Shown: positions 26,570-40,525 of the stretch, one piece after another
How the letters are laid out: each line of letters opens with the position of its first letter
Position numbering within the stretch: the first letter of the stretch is position 1
NCBI RefSeq assembly: GCF_044704955.1
Contig: NC_091999.1
Span: 44,702,001-44,766,000 of the forward strand
Reading direction: 5' to 3'
Length of the DNA: 64,000 nt
Origin: Pristiophorus japonicus
Lineage: Eukaryota
The notes under the pieces: model-generated
Told to the model about the DNA's origin: nothing
The model's input: the letters and a program-made list of their open reading frames with translations, nothing else
The model's database searches: none
Program-made: the position numbers and the translations under genes

Positions 26570-27005
26570 CTAGCATTTATATAGCGCCCTTCGTGACCTC
26601 ATGATGTCCCAAATGCTTTACAGCCAATGAATTACATTGGAAGTGTTGTATTGTTGGAAATGTGGCAACCATTCTGTGCACAGCAAGATCCCATACACAG
26701 CAATGAATAATGATCAGATGATCTGTTTTTCAGATGTTGTTTGAGGGACAAATGTTTTCCGTGGAAACCCTGGAGAACTCCTCAGCTGTTTAAGATAGTG
26801 AAATGAATCTTTTAATTCCACCTCAATGGGAAGATGGGGCATCAGCTTAATGTTTGCCACAAAAGACGGCAGCTCTGACCGTGCAGCACACCTTCAGTAC
26901 TGGCATCGGGCATACGACACATATTATGGCCTCAGGTCTCTGGAGTGGTGTTTAGTATCTGTGAACTTCTGAGTCAGAGGCGAGAGTGATCCCACTGAGC
27001 CGAGG
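26570..27005 (-). mobile_element. Deu-domain SINE
   Basis: Paralog of 11205-11660. Confidence 0.75.
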
Positions 27006-27379
27006 CTTGAACATACCACAGCTTGTATTTTAAAATGTTGCCATTCAGTTCATCCTGCCTGAAGTTCAGGGCCTGAGCACAGTCTTACTCCGATCAGTTT
27101 ATTATCATGCGTGAGGTCTCTTATCTTGTCCGGGATGTCATTTCCACACTGAGGTTTCCACTGGGTCTATATAAAAGTGACAGCGATTCCACAAGGAACA
27201 TCTGGAAGTGCCCGAGGCAGAAGGACTCACGGAACTTGAGTTTTACACTGTGTGAGCTGCAACATCAGAGCAGCTGAAAGCTAGGATTGTTCTCCTCAGA
27301 GCCGAGTAGGTTATGGGCCACATAATCGAGGTGCTCAAGAAGATGAAGAGTTTTGATCGGGTAAAATGGGAGATACTCC

Positions 27380-27680
27380 ATCATTTCCTCCCACTATCCT
27401 TCCCTCCCACCACCCGTCTCTCCTTCCCTCTCACCCATCATCCCTCTCTCCCTCCATCCCTCCCCCTCCACCCATCTCTCCTTTCCTCCCTCCCTTCATC
27501 AATCCGTCCCTCCATCCCTGCCACCCTCCTTCCATTTCCAGCCCTCCATACCTCCATTGCTCCCCACATCAATCACTCCCTCCCCGCACCCATCCCTCCC
27601 ACCGTCCAACCATCCCTCCACCCCTCCATCACACCACCCCGTCCATGCTCCACTCCTCCCTACTTCCATCCCTCCCTCAG
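27380..27680 (+). repeat. Pyrimidine-rich (CCAT/CCCT)n low-complexity tract
   Basis: Paralogs at 37490-37697 and 59163-59395. Confidence 0.85.
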
Positions 27681-28104
27681 CTCAGCCGATTCTTATTTTC
27701 CCTTTGCAGTGTTTCTGCTTCCAACGATGAGGATTCCTGAGCTGGAATGTTCTGCACCCAATTCCTCCACCGGGCTTTCATATATATTAATAAATAAGAG
27801 AGAGAGCGACAGCAAATGGATATATTTAACTGATAAGAAATAAAATGGTGACCTTTCCAGAGAGGGAGTTGGCTGGGGAAATGGCACTCGGTAGAAATTC
27901 TAGTTGGGGCAGTCGGGATAATTTTCCTTTATATAAATAAAAAAAAATATGGGTAACATCTTTAAAAATTGTTTTATGTCATCGTCGACTTTCAGCTTCT
28001 CGTTTTCCCTCCCCATTCTCGCTGTTGAGGATGGGTCAGTGCCCGCCTGGAGCTTGTTGCCATTGTGTGTACGGTATGGTAACTCGCAAGCTCTCGCTAC
28101 ACGG

Positions 28105-31100
28105 ACAGACTTGGAGAAGCTGGGGCTGTTCTCCATACAGCAGAGAAGGGTGAGGGGAGATTCAGTAGATTTGTACCTGCATGAGGGACTTCAGTTAAAG
28201 TGGAGACTGGAGAAGATGGGATTGATCTCCTTGGAGGGGGCAAGGTTGAGGGCATATGTAATAGAATGGTACCAGGGATGAGGGATTTCAGTTAATGTGG
28301 TGATACAGGAGAAGATGGGATTCTCCATTTAGAGGATGAAAGTCTAAGAGAAGATTTGATGGACGGTTTTGAAATCATCAATGGATTAGACAGAGTATAT
28401 AAACAGAAACTGTTTCAGAGGGATGGCGATTGACAAAAGAACAAGAAGTGATATGTAGACGAAATTCTCTATGCAACCACGAATTAGGATTTAGAATGTA
28501 CTGCATGATAGGGTGGTAGATACAGATTCAATAATAGCCTTCAAAAGGAAATTGTGTAAATATTTGAAGGAGAAAAAATGCAGTGATATAGGGAAGGAGC
28601 GTGGGATTGACATTAACTGGATTATTCTTCGAAAGAGCCGCCACAGACTATATCGGCTGAATGGCCACCGTCTGTGCTGTACTAATCTATGAGTGACCAT
28701 AACATGGTTGAATTTCACATTCAATTAGTGGAGGGTGGGGTGGGGGGAGCTGGTGGGTGAGAGTTGGTTCACAAAACAGCGTCCTAAGTTTAAATGAAGG
28801 AAACTATGAGGGCAGAGTTGGCGAAAGTGGACTGGGAAAATAGATAAAGGGATGGGACAGATGATGAGCCATGGCAGATATTTAAGGAGATATTGCATAA
28901 CTCGAAACAAAAATATATCCCAATGAGAAGGCAACACTGCATGAGATAGGGATAACCATCCGTGGCTAACTAAGGAAATAAGGGAAGGTATCAAAATTAA
29001 GACTAGTGGGAGGTCAGAGGATTTGGAAACTTTTAAAAGCTAGCAAAGAAATAATAAATGATAAAGAGAGGGAAGATAGATTATGAAAGTAAACTAGCAT
29101 GAAATATACAAACAGATAGTAAGAGTTTCTACAGGTGCATAAAAAGGAAAAGTTTGGCTAAAGTAAATATTGGTCACCGAGACGATGAGACTGGGCAATT
29201 AATTACGGAGACCAAGGAAATGGCAAAGTCGTTGAAGAAATATGTTGTATTTGTCTTCACGGTAGAATACATTAAAAACATTCCAATAGTGGAACATCAA
29301 TGGCTATAGGGAGGGAGGAAGTTATTACAATCATGATCACTAATGAAGTAGTACTTGGTAAAATAATGGGACTCAAGACGGACAAGTCCCCTGGAGCTGA
29401 CGGCTTACATCTTCGGGTCCTAAAAGTAGTGACTGCAGAGATAGTTGATGCTTTGGCTGTAATCTACCAAAACGTCCTGGATTCTGGGGCGGGCCCAGCA
29501 GATTGGAAAATTGCAAATATAACACCACAATTTAAAAATGAAGGCAGACAAAAAGCAAGAAACTATAGATCAATGAGCCGAACGTCAGCCATTGGGAAAA
29601 AAGTTGGATGCCATTCAGGAAGCAGAAGCGGGACATTTGGAAAAGCATCATTCAATCAAGCAGAGTCAGCATGGTTTAATGAAAGGGAAAGCATTTTTGA
29701 CAAAATTGCTGGAGTTCTTTGAAGATGTAACGAGCAGAGTGGATAAGGGGGGACCAGTGGATGTGGTGTATTTGTATTTCCAGAATGCATTCGATAAGGT
29801 GCCATATAAAAGGTTATTGCACAAGATAAAAGTTCACGGGGTTGTGGTTAATATACTAGCATGGATAGCGTATTGGCTAACTAGCAGATCGGTTAGTCGG
29901 GATATTTGGGTCATTTTCTGGTTGGCAAACAGTGACTAGTGGGGTGCCGCAGGGATCGGTACTTGGTCCTCAACTATTAACAATCTATAGTAATGAATTG
30001 GATGAAGCCACTGAGTGTAATGTTGCCAAGTTTGCTGATGATATAAAGATGGGTGAGAAAGCAAATTGTGACGTCGACACAAAAATCTGCAAAGGGATTT
30101 AGACAGGCTAAGTGAGTGGGCAGAACTGTAGAGGATATTGTACGAGAATACTGCGTAAGGTTTTGGTCTCCATATTTAAGGAACGATATACTTACATTGG
30201 AGGCTGTCCATAGAAGGTTTACTAGGATGAGTCCGGAGATGAGGAGGCTGACTTATGAAGATAGGTTGAGTAGGTTGAGCCGATACACATTGGAGTTCAG
30301 AAGAATGAGAAGTGATTTTACTGAAACATAGGATAACGAGGGGGCTCAACAAGGTGAATCCAGAGAGGATATTTCTTATTTTTTAAGTACTTATGTTTTT
30401 ATATTTATATTGCGCTGGGAACAGTAGCTGTTTATATTACACTAGACCTTGTCTTTATAATACACTAGACCTTGTCTCTGTGTGTATTACACTGGGCCCT
30501 GCCTCTGTTTATATAGCACTAGACCCAGTCTCCCTTCATGTTGCACTAGGTCGTGTATCATTGCACTTCACAAGAAGTCTTTGCAGATTGGAAAACTGCA
30601 AATGTAAAGCACCTATTTAAAAAAGGAGGAAGCCGGAAAGCAGGAAACTATAGACCAGGTAGCCTTAAATCTGTGTTTGGGAAATTGTTGGAATCCATTA
30701 TTAAATAAGCTTTAGCAGGATATTTGGAAAAGCATAATTCGGTCAGGCAGAGTCAGCATAAATTTATGAAGAGGAAGTCATGTTTGCAAAAATTGCTGGA
30801 AATCTTTGAGGATGTAACGAACAGGGTGGATAAAGGGGAACCAGAGAATGTGGTGTATTTCGACTTCCAGAAGGCATTTGACATCGTGCCACATAAAAGG
30901 TTACTTCACAAGATAAACCTTCACGGCGTTGGGGGTAATATATTAGTATTGATAGAGGATTGTCTAATTAACAGAAAACAGAGATTCGGGCTAAATTGTT
31001 CATTCTCGGTTTGGCAATCAGTAAATGGTGGTGTGCCGCAGGGATCAGTGCTGGGGTCCCAGCTATTTACAATCTATACTAACGAATTGAATGAAGGGAC

Positions 31101-32030
31101 CGAGTATAACACAGAGAAGCTCGTTTACGATAGAAAGATGTGAGGAAAAGCAATATGTAAGGAGGACTCAAAATATCTGCAAAAGGACATAGACAGGCCA
31201 TGTGAGTGGGAAAAAATTTGACAGATGAAGTATAATGTAAGAAAGTGTGAGATCATGCACTTTGGCATTACAAATCAAAGAGCAACGTTTTAATTAAATG
31301 GAGAAATATTGCAAAGTGCTGCAGTACAGCGGGACCTGGGGGTACTTGTGCATGAAACACAAAAGGTTAATATGCAGGTAAAGGAAGTGATCAGGAAGGT
31401 AAATGGAATTTTGGCCTTTATTACAAAGGGGATGGCGTATAATAGCAGGTTGGTCTTGCTACAGTTGAACAAAGTATTGGTGAGACCACACCTGGAAAAT
31501 GCGTACAGCTTTGTTTTCCACATTTACGAAAGATTATACTTGCTTTGTAGGCAGTCCAGAGAATGTTCACTAGGTTGAATGCGGAGATGAGGGGCTTGAC
31601 TTACGAGGAATGGTTGAGGAGGTTGGGCATCTACTCATTGGAATTCAGAAGAATGAGTAGTGATCTTATCGAAAAGGTGGCTACAGAGAGGATCTTTCCA
31701 CTGATAGGGTAGACTAGAACTCGGGGCATAATCTTAGAATAAGGGGCCGCCCAGTTAACACTGAGATGAGGAGGAACTTCTTTTCTCAGAGGGTTATAAA
31801 TCTGTGGAATTCATTGCCTCAGAGAGCTGTGGATTCCGAGAAATTGAATAATTTAAAGACAGAGATAGACAGTTTTTATGCGATAAGAGATTAATGGGTT
31901 ACGGCGAGCACACAAGGAATTGGATCTGAATCCATGATCGGATCAGCCATGATCGTATTGAATGGCGCAGCAGGCTCGAGGGGCCGTATGGCCGACTCCT
32001 GCTTCTATTTCTTATATGCTTATGGTTTTC
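28105..32030 (+). mobile_element. Cluster of decayed CR1 LINEs (28105-28690, 28690-30375, 30580-32030)
   Basis: KSPG.DG.H.RVLK, SQHG, VPQGSVLG motifs; 28690-30375 shares an internal deletion with 51725-53750. Confidence 0.88.
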
Positions 32031-32715
32031 TAATGTTACAATGTCTGTTTGTGTCGGCCTAGGCTCAGTGTGTCTCAGTTCGCTCCGGTCTCAGAAAGTT
32101 TTGGGATAAACTCACAAGCCAAGGAATGTATCTCTATTTATTGTAGAACAGACCCTGTCTTCGTTATTTGTGCACTTGACCATGCGTCTGTTAGATAGAC
32201 AGAAGATATATAGACGATGGATAGATATTAATAAAAATAAAGATATTTATGTGTGTGGGTGGGAGGATGCAATACTTTTTTGGTTAGAACATAGGTTTAG
32301 TTTCATTATTCGGTAACAAGAGTTGTGGGCAATGTCAAATTGATCTGGTATTGTGTCTGTAATATTTGTGTGTGAGCGGATGGGGTGAACATTGTAACAA
32401 TCTCCCAGAGATGGACTGGGATTGAGGGACAGGACTGAAGGGGAGCAATTCACTGCACTTTGCACTACTTAGTGGCACTCGGTGTGTTAAAGATTACTAA
32501 TTCACACTTGTGTTGCCCTGTGCCAATTGCTCCCAGTTCTTTAATGTTAAGGATTGTTTTTCCTGCAGTATTTTCTATTGAGCTTTCACGTGACCCATTG
32601 ATTGTGTCAGACCGAGCCTGGAAACGTGATCTCAGAGTACCGCCGGATGTGCGGCCGCAGGGTCCAAACATCCACCGGAATTGAAATCATCTGCTTAAGA
32701 CGAACAACTGAAAAG

Positions 32716-32905
32716 NNNNNNNNNNNNNNNNNNNNNNNNNNNNNNNNNNNNNNNNNNNNNNNNNNNNNNNNNNNNNNNNNNNNNNNNNNNNNNNNNNNNN
32801 NNNNNNNNNNNNNNNNNNNNNNNNNNNNNNNNNNNNNNNNNNNNNNNNNNNNNNNNNNNNNNNNNNNNNNNNNNNNNNNNNNNNNNNNNNNNNNNNNNNN
32901 NNNNN
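32716..32905. other. Assembly gap at a (TG)n microsatellite
   Basis: Run of N; paralogous TG tracts at 22550-22647 and 54730-54805. Confidence 1.
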
Positions 32906-33449
32906 TGTTTGCATGTGTGTGTGCATATATGTGTGTGTTTGTGTGTGTGTGTATGTACAAAGCACATCATTCATAAGGTGTGCAAGTGCATTCCACAAAG
33001 GTAAACTATTAGCTCCAACCATTATTTTTCAGCATTTTATTTTATTCAACAGCTAATTGCAGATCGTTTACTACCTTTAACATTTATTGATAACACATTG
33101 TCTTGCTTGCTCTTCTTTAGAAAGTCATGTCACACTGACCATTCTGTTATCAAGTTGACCATGTATGTCCGCAGTATTCAGTGGGAAAGTGGATTAAATC
33201 ACACCGAGAATAATAAGCATCCAGCCACCAGTCTCAGCGGTTTATTGTCCAGTGATCACCTCACCATCACACAGAATCCGCTGATATACACCTCAAGTGT
33301 ATGATTATTGGTGCAAGTGATGGTAAACATGAAACTGCACCTGTACCTGGCATGAGGTTAATAAATCTGTAACTATCTGACTTATTGTCTCTCTCATTAC
33401 ACTAGACCCCATCGCAGTTTTTACTGCAGTAGATTCAGTCTCAGTTTTT

Positions 33450-34595
33450 TTGGTTGATGTGATGGACTTCCAAAAGGCATTTGATAAAGTGCTTTGATAA
33501 TATCCTTGTCAGCAAAGTTGAAACCCATAGAATAAAAGGGACAGTGGCATCATGGATATGAAATTGGCTGAGTGACAGGAATCAGAGAGCTGTGGTTTTT
33601 TTTGGACTGGAGGAAGGTATACAGTGGTGTTTCGCAGCGGCTGGTTCTAGGAACATTGCTTTTCTTGATTTATATTCATGACCTAGATTCGGGTGTACTA
33701 GGCACAATTTCAACATTTTCAAACTATTCAAGTCTGGGAAGTTTAGTGAACAGTGAGGAGAGGAGTATAGTGATGACTTCAAGAGGACAGCGACATGCTG
33801 GTGGAATAGACGGACACGTGGCAAATGGAACGCAGAAAAGTGTGAAGTTACACATTTTGGTAGGAAGAACGAGGAGATTAAAATTAACTAAAGGGTACAA
33901 TACTAAAAGCTGTGATGAACTCAGGGACCTGGGGGTATATATGCAAAAGTGTTTGAAGGTGGCAGGGCTGGTTGAGAAAGTGTTTTAAAAAACATATAGG
34001 ATCCTGGGCTTCATAAATAGAGGCATAGAATATATAAGCAAAGAATTTATGATGAACCTGTGTAAAACACGGTTTCGACCTCAACCTATTACTGTGTCCA
34101 ATTCTGGACACCGTACTTTAGGAAGGATGTGAACGCCTTAGAGCGGGTGCAGAACATATTTATTTGTGGTTCCAGGGATAAGGTACTGCAGTTATGTGGA
34201 TAGACTGGAGAAGCTGGGGTTGTTCTCCTTAGAGCACAGAATTTTGAGATGAGACAAAATAGAGGTGTTCAGAATCATAAGGGGTCGAGACAGAGTAGCT
34301 GGAGAGAAACTGTTCCCATTGGCGGAAGTGTCGAGAACAGGATACAGATTTATCACAATTGCAGAACAGCCTATATTTAAATGTGGAAAAATTACGATCT
34401 GGAATGCACTGCCTGAAAGAGTGGTGGAGACAGATTCAATCATGGCATGGAATTGGATAAGTTCCTGAAGGAAGAACAATCACAGGGTTACCGGAAAGGG
34501 CAGGGGAGTGGACCAGCTGAAATACTCTTGCAGAGGGCGGCATGTTCTATATGGGCCGAATGACTCTCATCTGTGCCATAATTCTATAATTCTAT
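33450..34595 (+). mobile_element. Old CR1 RT-3' fragment
   Basis: Paralog of 23555-24425 and 55245-56410. Confidence 0.85.
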
Positions 34596-36684
34596 ACTAC
34601 ACCAGGGACTGTCTCAGGTATTACTATGCGAGACCCTCTTCAAGTTTATATTACCCCAGCCACAACGTTAAAAATTCACCCGCTCCACCACCGGCGCACC
34701 ATGTCTGCAGTGATTACTATCCACAATGTGCATTGCAGCAACTCGCCAAGACATCTTCGACAGCACTTTCCAAACCTACGACCTCTTTCACCTAGAAGAA
34801 CAAAGGCCGCAGGCTCCTGGGAACACAATCACCTCCAAGTTCGCCTCCAAATCGCACACCATCTTGACTTGGAAATGTATTACCATTGCTTAATAATCGC
34901 TGGTTCAAATTCGTGAAACCCGCTCCCTAACACTGTGGGAGTGCCTTCACCACACGGTCTACAGCGGGTCAAAGGGGCAGCTCACAACCTGCTTCTCAAG
35001 ACCTATTATGGATAGGCAATTAATGTTGGCCTTGATTGCACTGTCTGAATGATTGGTGAGACAGATTCAATCATGGCATGGAATTGGATATATTCCTGAA
35101 GAAAGAACAATCGCAGGGCTACGTGAAAGATCAGTCGAGTGGACCAGCTGAAATACTCTTGCAGAGAGCGGCATGCTCTGTGTGGGCCGAATGACTCTCA
35201 CCCCCGCATGACAGGAACGAATAAAACAATGTCCCTGTATCAGTAATTACTGCACTAGGCCCTACCTCAGTTATTACAGTAATAGAACTATTAATATTGT
35301 ATTAGGCCCGGTTTCATATATTACTGGAATAGGCAATGCCTTTGATCCAATTACACAAGTCCCCGTCTCTGTTAATATTAAACTAGACACGGACGCTGTA
35401 TATATTACTCTAACCCCATCATTTCACTTAACTAAAATAGACAATGTCTCTGTTTCTGTTAAATTTGACCCTGTCACCGTTATTAATGCACTAAACACTG
35501 TAACTCACAGGTCAGGTACAGCTTGTGCCAGATACAGAGTAAACCGACCTCTACACTGTCAAATCGAACATTCCCAGGACAGGTACAGTACGGGTTAGAT
35601 ACAGAAAAATGGAATCTATACACAATCCCATTAAATACTTACAAGGTAGGTACAGTACATGTTACATACAGTGTAAAGCTCCCGCGACTCTGTCCCATCA
35701 AACACTCCCAGGGCAGGTGCAGCACGAGTCAGATCCAGAGTAAAGCGAGCTCTACACTATCCATCAAACACTGGGGCAGGTAGAGCACAGTTTAAATACT
35801 CCCAGGTAGTTTAATGCACAGGTCACATCTTGGTTTAAAGCTCACTCTGCGCATTCCAATCAAGTTGATACGAGGCGTAACATTAGGGTTTCAAGGAAAA
35901 CTTTTGTTAGATTTTAATATCTAGTTGTGGGAGATGGCCAATTATCTATCCTTGAGAGACAATAGGAAAAGTAGAAATAGGAGAGGGAGAGGATACAGGG
36001 AATCTCCACTGACACATTTGTGATGTTACTATATACGGTGAATAGGATCTTTCCCCATTCTGTCCATGGTTATCATCTTTACTTTATTCTCCTATAATTT
36101 AGAGAAATGCCCCCCAAAAAAATTTCTACTGGAATCCGTTGAGAAATTTGCATTTATTTCTCTGTTTATTTCTATGCTGTGTTGGTGGGGAAACATTTAA
36201 ATTGTTTCTGTCACTCAATACTCTAATCTGGGACTTCTATTGCTGTGTTTATTTACATAACCGACTCACTGGGTCCCATGAAATGTTCATGGCAGTAAAA
36301 TCAGATCAACAGAGTTATTTATTGATTCGTCTCCTCTCACAACAAATGTTTATTTTAAAAATATTGACAGTTGGTACAACATTAATAGAAAATTCTCCCA
36401 ACAGTGAGGTTTGCTTCAGTTTTGTTCAATTAGAACAGATGTCATTCATACCAAAGGAATATATAGTAAAATGAATAATTCAGTTCTGACAGCTCTACTG
36501 CCAAAATTAATGGAACATCTCTGAAAAGGCTGCTATTCCACTGGATCTCCATTTAGTGGAAGATTTAAACCATTGAAACTAAACAAGTAAAATGGGTGAC
36601 CAGAGGAGTGTCCTACAATCACATTAATTTCTGAGCTTTTCACATATCGCAACTTGTATTTACAAATGTTGACATTTAGAAACA

Positions 36685-37130
36685 CCTTGCATTTATATAG
36701 TGACTTTCTTGACCTCATGATGTCCCAAATTGCTTTACAGCCAATGAATTACTTTGGAAGTGTGCTCACTGTTGTAATGTAGGAAACGCGGGAGCCAATG
36801 TGTGCAGAGCAAGCTCCAACAAAGAGCATGAAATATTGATCAGATAATTTGTTTTTCAGATGTTGGTTGAAGTGCAAATATTTGCGCTGGAAACCCTGGA
36901 GAACTCATGTCCTCTTCAGTATAGTGACATGAATCCCTTAAATCCAACTGAGCAGAAAGTTGAATCCTCAATTTATTGTATGCCCCGAAAGACGTTATCT
37001 CTGACAGTGCAGCACTCCCTCAGTACTGGCGCCGTGCGTGTCGGCATAGATTATTGGCTCAGGTTTCTGGAGTGTGGATTAATATCTGTGACCTTCTGAT
37101 TCGCAGGCCAGAGTGAACCCACTGAGCCGA
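36685..37130 (-). mobile_element. Deu-domain SINE
   Basis: Paralog of 11205-11660. Confidence 0.75.
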
Positions 37131-38429
37131 GGCTTGAACATATCACAGCGTGTACTTTAAAATGTTCACATTCAGCTCATCGTGTCTGAAGTTCAGGGCC
37201 TGAGCCCAGTCTTATAGCAATCTATTTATTTTCAGGGGCGAGTTCTCTTATTTTGCCTGGGATGTCATTCTCACACTGGGATTTCCACTGGGTCGATATA
37301 AAAGTGACACCGACTCCGCAAGTCACATCTGGATGTGCCTTAGGTAGAAGGACTCACGGAACTTGAGCTGCAGCATCAAAGCAGCTGGAAGCTAGGATTG
37401 TTCTCCTTAGAGACGAGCACGTTATGGGCCACTTAATAGAGGTGTTCCAAATCATGAAGAGTTTTGATGGGGTAAATTGGGAGATACTCCATCACTTCCC
37501 CCACCATCCCTCTCGCCATCCACCCGTCTCTCCTTCCTTCCCTCCCTTCATTCTTACCTCCGTACATACCTCCATCCCTCCCTCTATCAATCGCTCCCTT
37601 CCTGCAGCCATCCCTCCCTCCCTCCGTCCATCCCTCCACCGTTCCATCACTTCATCCCTCCCTTGCTCCACTCCACCCTCCACTCTTTCCTCCCTCAGTC
37701 CAAACGATTATTATTGTTCCCTTTGCAGAGTTTCTGCTTCCATCGATGACGCTTCCCCAGCTGGAATTTTCTGCACCCAATTCCTTCAGCGGGTGTTCAT
37801 ATGTATTAACAAAAAAGAGACAGAGCGATGTCAAATATATATATTGAAGCCCCCACCCGAAAAAAACTGACAAGAAAAAAAATGCTTACCTTTCAGGAGA
37901 GGTAGTTGGCTGGGGAACTGTCACTGGGTCGAAGTTCTGGCTGCGGCAGTCACGATATATTTCCTTTTTTAAATAAAAAAAATAAGTTAACAATTTTTTT
38001 AAAATTTCAAGACATCGTCGGCTTTCAGCTGCTCTTTTTTCCTCCGCCATTTCGCTGTTGAGGACTGGCCAGCGCCCGCCTGGAGCTCGCTGAATTGTGT
38101 GTACGGGATGGTAGGACGCAAGCTCTCACTACGTGGCCAGACTTGGAGAAGCTGGGGTTGTTCTCCTTACAGCAGAGAAGGTTGAGGGGAGATTTACCAG
38201 ATTGGTACCATGGATGAATGACTGGAAACACTAGTTCAGCCCCAGCTAGAGTATTGTGTCTAAATCTGGGCACCATACTTTAGGTAGGACGTGAAGAATT
38301 CCGAGAGGATCTGGAAGAGATTTACTGGAAATGTATCAGGGATGGGGGATTGAAATTATATGGAGAGACTAGAGAAACTGGAGCTGTTCTACTTAGACCA
38401 GAAAAGGTTAAGAGGAGATTTAGTAAATG

Positions 38430-39651
38430 ATAAGAACATAAGAACATAATAAAAAGGAGCTGGAGTCGGCCATACGGCCCCTCGAGCCTTTTGCGCCACT
38501 CAATACAATCATGGCTGATCTGACCATGGACTGATCTCCACTTCCCCGTCCGCTCCCCATAAACCCTTATCCCCTTATCATTTAAGAAACGATCAAATCT
38601 GTCTTAAATTTATTCAATATCCCACTTCCACAGCTCTCTGCGGCAGCGAATGCCACAAACTTACAACTCTCTGAGAGAAGAAATTTCTCCTCATATCTGG
38701 TTTAAATGGGTTCCCCAATTCTAAGATCGTGCCCTCTAGTTCTAGTCTGCCCCATCAGTGGAAACATCCTCTCTGCATCCACTTTGTCAAGCCCCTTCAT
38801 AATCTTATACGTTTCGATAAGATCACCTCTCATTCTTCTGAATTCCAATGAGTAGAGACCCAACCTACTCAACCTTTCCTCATAAGTGAAACCCCTCATC
38901 CCAAGAATCAACCTAGTGAAACTTCTCTGAACTGCCTGCAAAGCTAGTAAATCCTTTTGTAAATACGGAAACAAAAACTGCACGCAGTATTCCAGATGTG
39001 GCCTCAGCAATACCTTCTATAGGTGTAGCATGACTTCCCTGCTTTTATACTCTATCCCCTTTGCAATGAAGACCAAAATTCCATTGGCCTTCCTGATCAC
39101 TTGCTATACCTGCATTCTATCCTTTTGTGTTTCATGCACAAGTAACCCTAGGTCCCGCTGTACTGCGGCACATTGCAATCTATCTCCATTTAAATAATAA
39201 TGCTGTTTATTTTCTTTCGGCCAAAGTGCATGACCTCTCATTTTACAACATCATACTCCATCTGGCAATTTTTTTCTCACTTACTTAGCCTGTCTATGTA
39301 TTTTTGCAGATTTCTTGTATCCTCCTCACACACTACTTTTCCTTCCATCTTTTTATCGCCAGCAAACTTGGCTACGTTACACTCAGTCCCTTATTCCAAG
39401 TAGTAAATGTTGGTTGTAATTAGTTGAGGTCGCAGCACTGATCCCTGCGGCATGCCACTAGTTACTGGTTGCCAACCAGAGAATGGACCATTTGTCCCGA
39501 CTCTCTGTTCTTTGTTCCAATCCTCTATCCATGGTAATATATTACCCCCAGCCCCGTGATCTTTTATCATGTGCAGTAACCTTTTATGTGGCACTTTGTC
39601 AAATGATTTCTGGAAGTCCAAAGAACCCTATCCAATGGTTCCCCTTTATCC
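38430..39651 (-). mobile_element. Antisense CR1 (3' part), continued at 49385-49545 after the nested insertions
   Basis: ORFs 38702-39010 and 39391-39621; uninterrupted paralog at 60130-61505. Confidence 0.9.
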
Positions 39652-40228
39652 GAGAGGCAGCGGGAGTTCGTGGTCGCTGAGGCGTGAGTGCGGGGATCGG
39701 CAGAGGCCTATAAAAGGCCGCGAGAGGCAGCGGAAGTTCGTGGTCGCTGAGGCGTGAGTCTTGGGATCAGCAGCGGCTTATAAAAGGCCGCGAGAGGCAG
39801 CGGGAGTTCGTGGTCGCTGAGGCGTGAGTCCGAGGATCAGCATAGGCCTAGAAAGGCCGCGAGAGGCAGCGGGAGGTCGTGGTCGCTGAGGCGTGAGTCC
39901 GGGGATCAGCAGAGGCCAAAAACGCCGCGAGAGTTCGTGGTCGCTGAGGCGTGAGTCTGGGGATCAGCAGAGGCCTATAAAGACCGCGAGAGTCAGCGGG
40001 AGTCCGGGGATCAGCAGAGGCCTATAAAGGCCGCGAGAGGCAGCGCGAGTTCGTAGTGGCTGAGGCGTGAGTCCGCGGATCAGCACAGGACGATAAATGC
40101 AGCGGGAGTTCGTGGTCGCTGAGGCGTGAGTCCGGGGATCAGCAGAGGCCTATAAAGGCCGCGAGAGGTAGCGGGAGTTCGTGGTCGCTGAGGCATGAGT
40201 CCGGGGATCAGCAGAGGCCTATACAGGC
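39652..40228 (+). repeat. ~70-bp GC-rich 5'UTR monomers of the decayed CR1 (about 8 copies)
   Basis: CGAGAGGCAGCGG at 39651, 39721, 39791, 39860; units carry variants of AGGCCTATAAAGGCC. Confidence 0.9.
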
Positions 40229-40525
40229 GTACTTGTACAGCTACAGGGAGAAGGAAAAAAGGGACAGAAAGTTGACGTCACAGCCTAGGAGGTAACTGAT
40301 TGACTGGTGATTGGTGAGTATCTTTGCTTTTTCTTTTTTTTATCAGTCAGTAACTTTTAACATTGTTGTTGCCAATTTAAGTGTATAGGCCTCTCACCGA
40401 CCCCGGACTCGCGCTGCTCCGAGCTCCCGCCTCCTCGACTGACTGCTCGACTCCCGCTGGCCTTTATAGACCTCTCGCTGACCCCGGACTCGCGCTGCTC
40501 CGAGCTCCCGCCTCCTCGACTGACT

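Larger units (their letters stand above)
22300..28096 (-). pseudogene. Copy 2 of the multi-exon FIIND-like (NLRP1/CARD8-like) pseudogene
   Basis: Putative exons: ~28096-27981, 27926-27853 (74 nt), 27774-27701 (74 nt), 27201-27089 (113 nt, AG/GT), 26540-26174 (MVIQWNSSVFRDVPLISAAEL), ~25997-25895 (MNGEILLLVSMYSNITNVILEVY), ~23447-22835 (interrupted by CR1), last exon from ~22522. Stops and frameshifts present. Confidence 0.55.
32460..38128 (-). pseudogene. Copy 3 of the multi-exon FIIND-like pseudogene
   Basis: Putative exons: 38128-38014, 37963-37890 (AG/GTAAG, EIYRDCRSQNFDPVTVPQPTTSPE), ~37793-37720, 37328-37216, 36655-36270 (MEIQWNSSLFRDVPLILAVEL, GTGAGT donor), 36091-~35800, 33346-33140 (YRCSFMFTITCTNNHTLEVYISGFCVMV), last exon from ~32707. 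Confidence 0.55.

Noticed and set aside
27313-27843. Pro/Ser/His-rich + strand ORFs (also 37424-37870 and 59138-59491)
   Set aside because: Low-complexity pyrimidine tract fused to a CR1 remnant; frames are not conserved between copies.
38014-38128. AKWRRKK as a homeodomain remnant
   Set aside because: No WFxN motif and not conserved in copies 2 and 4; the exon boundary itself is uncertain (implied intron only ~50 nt).
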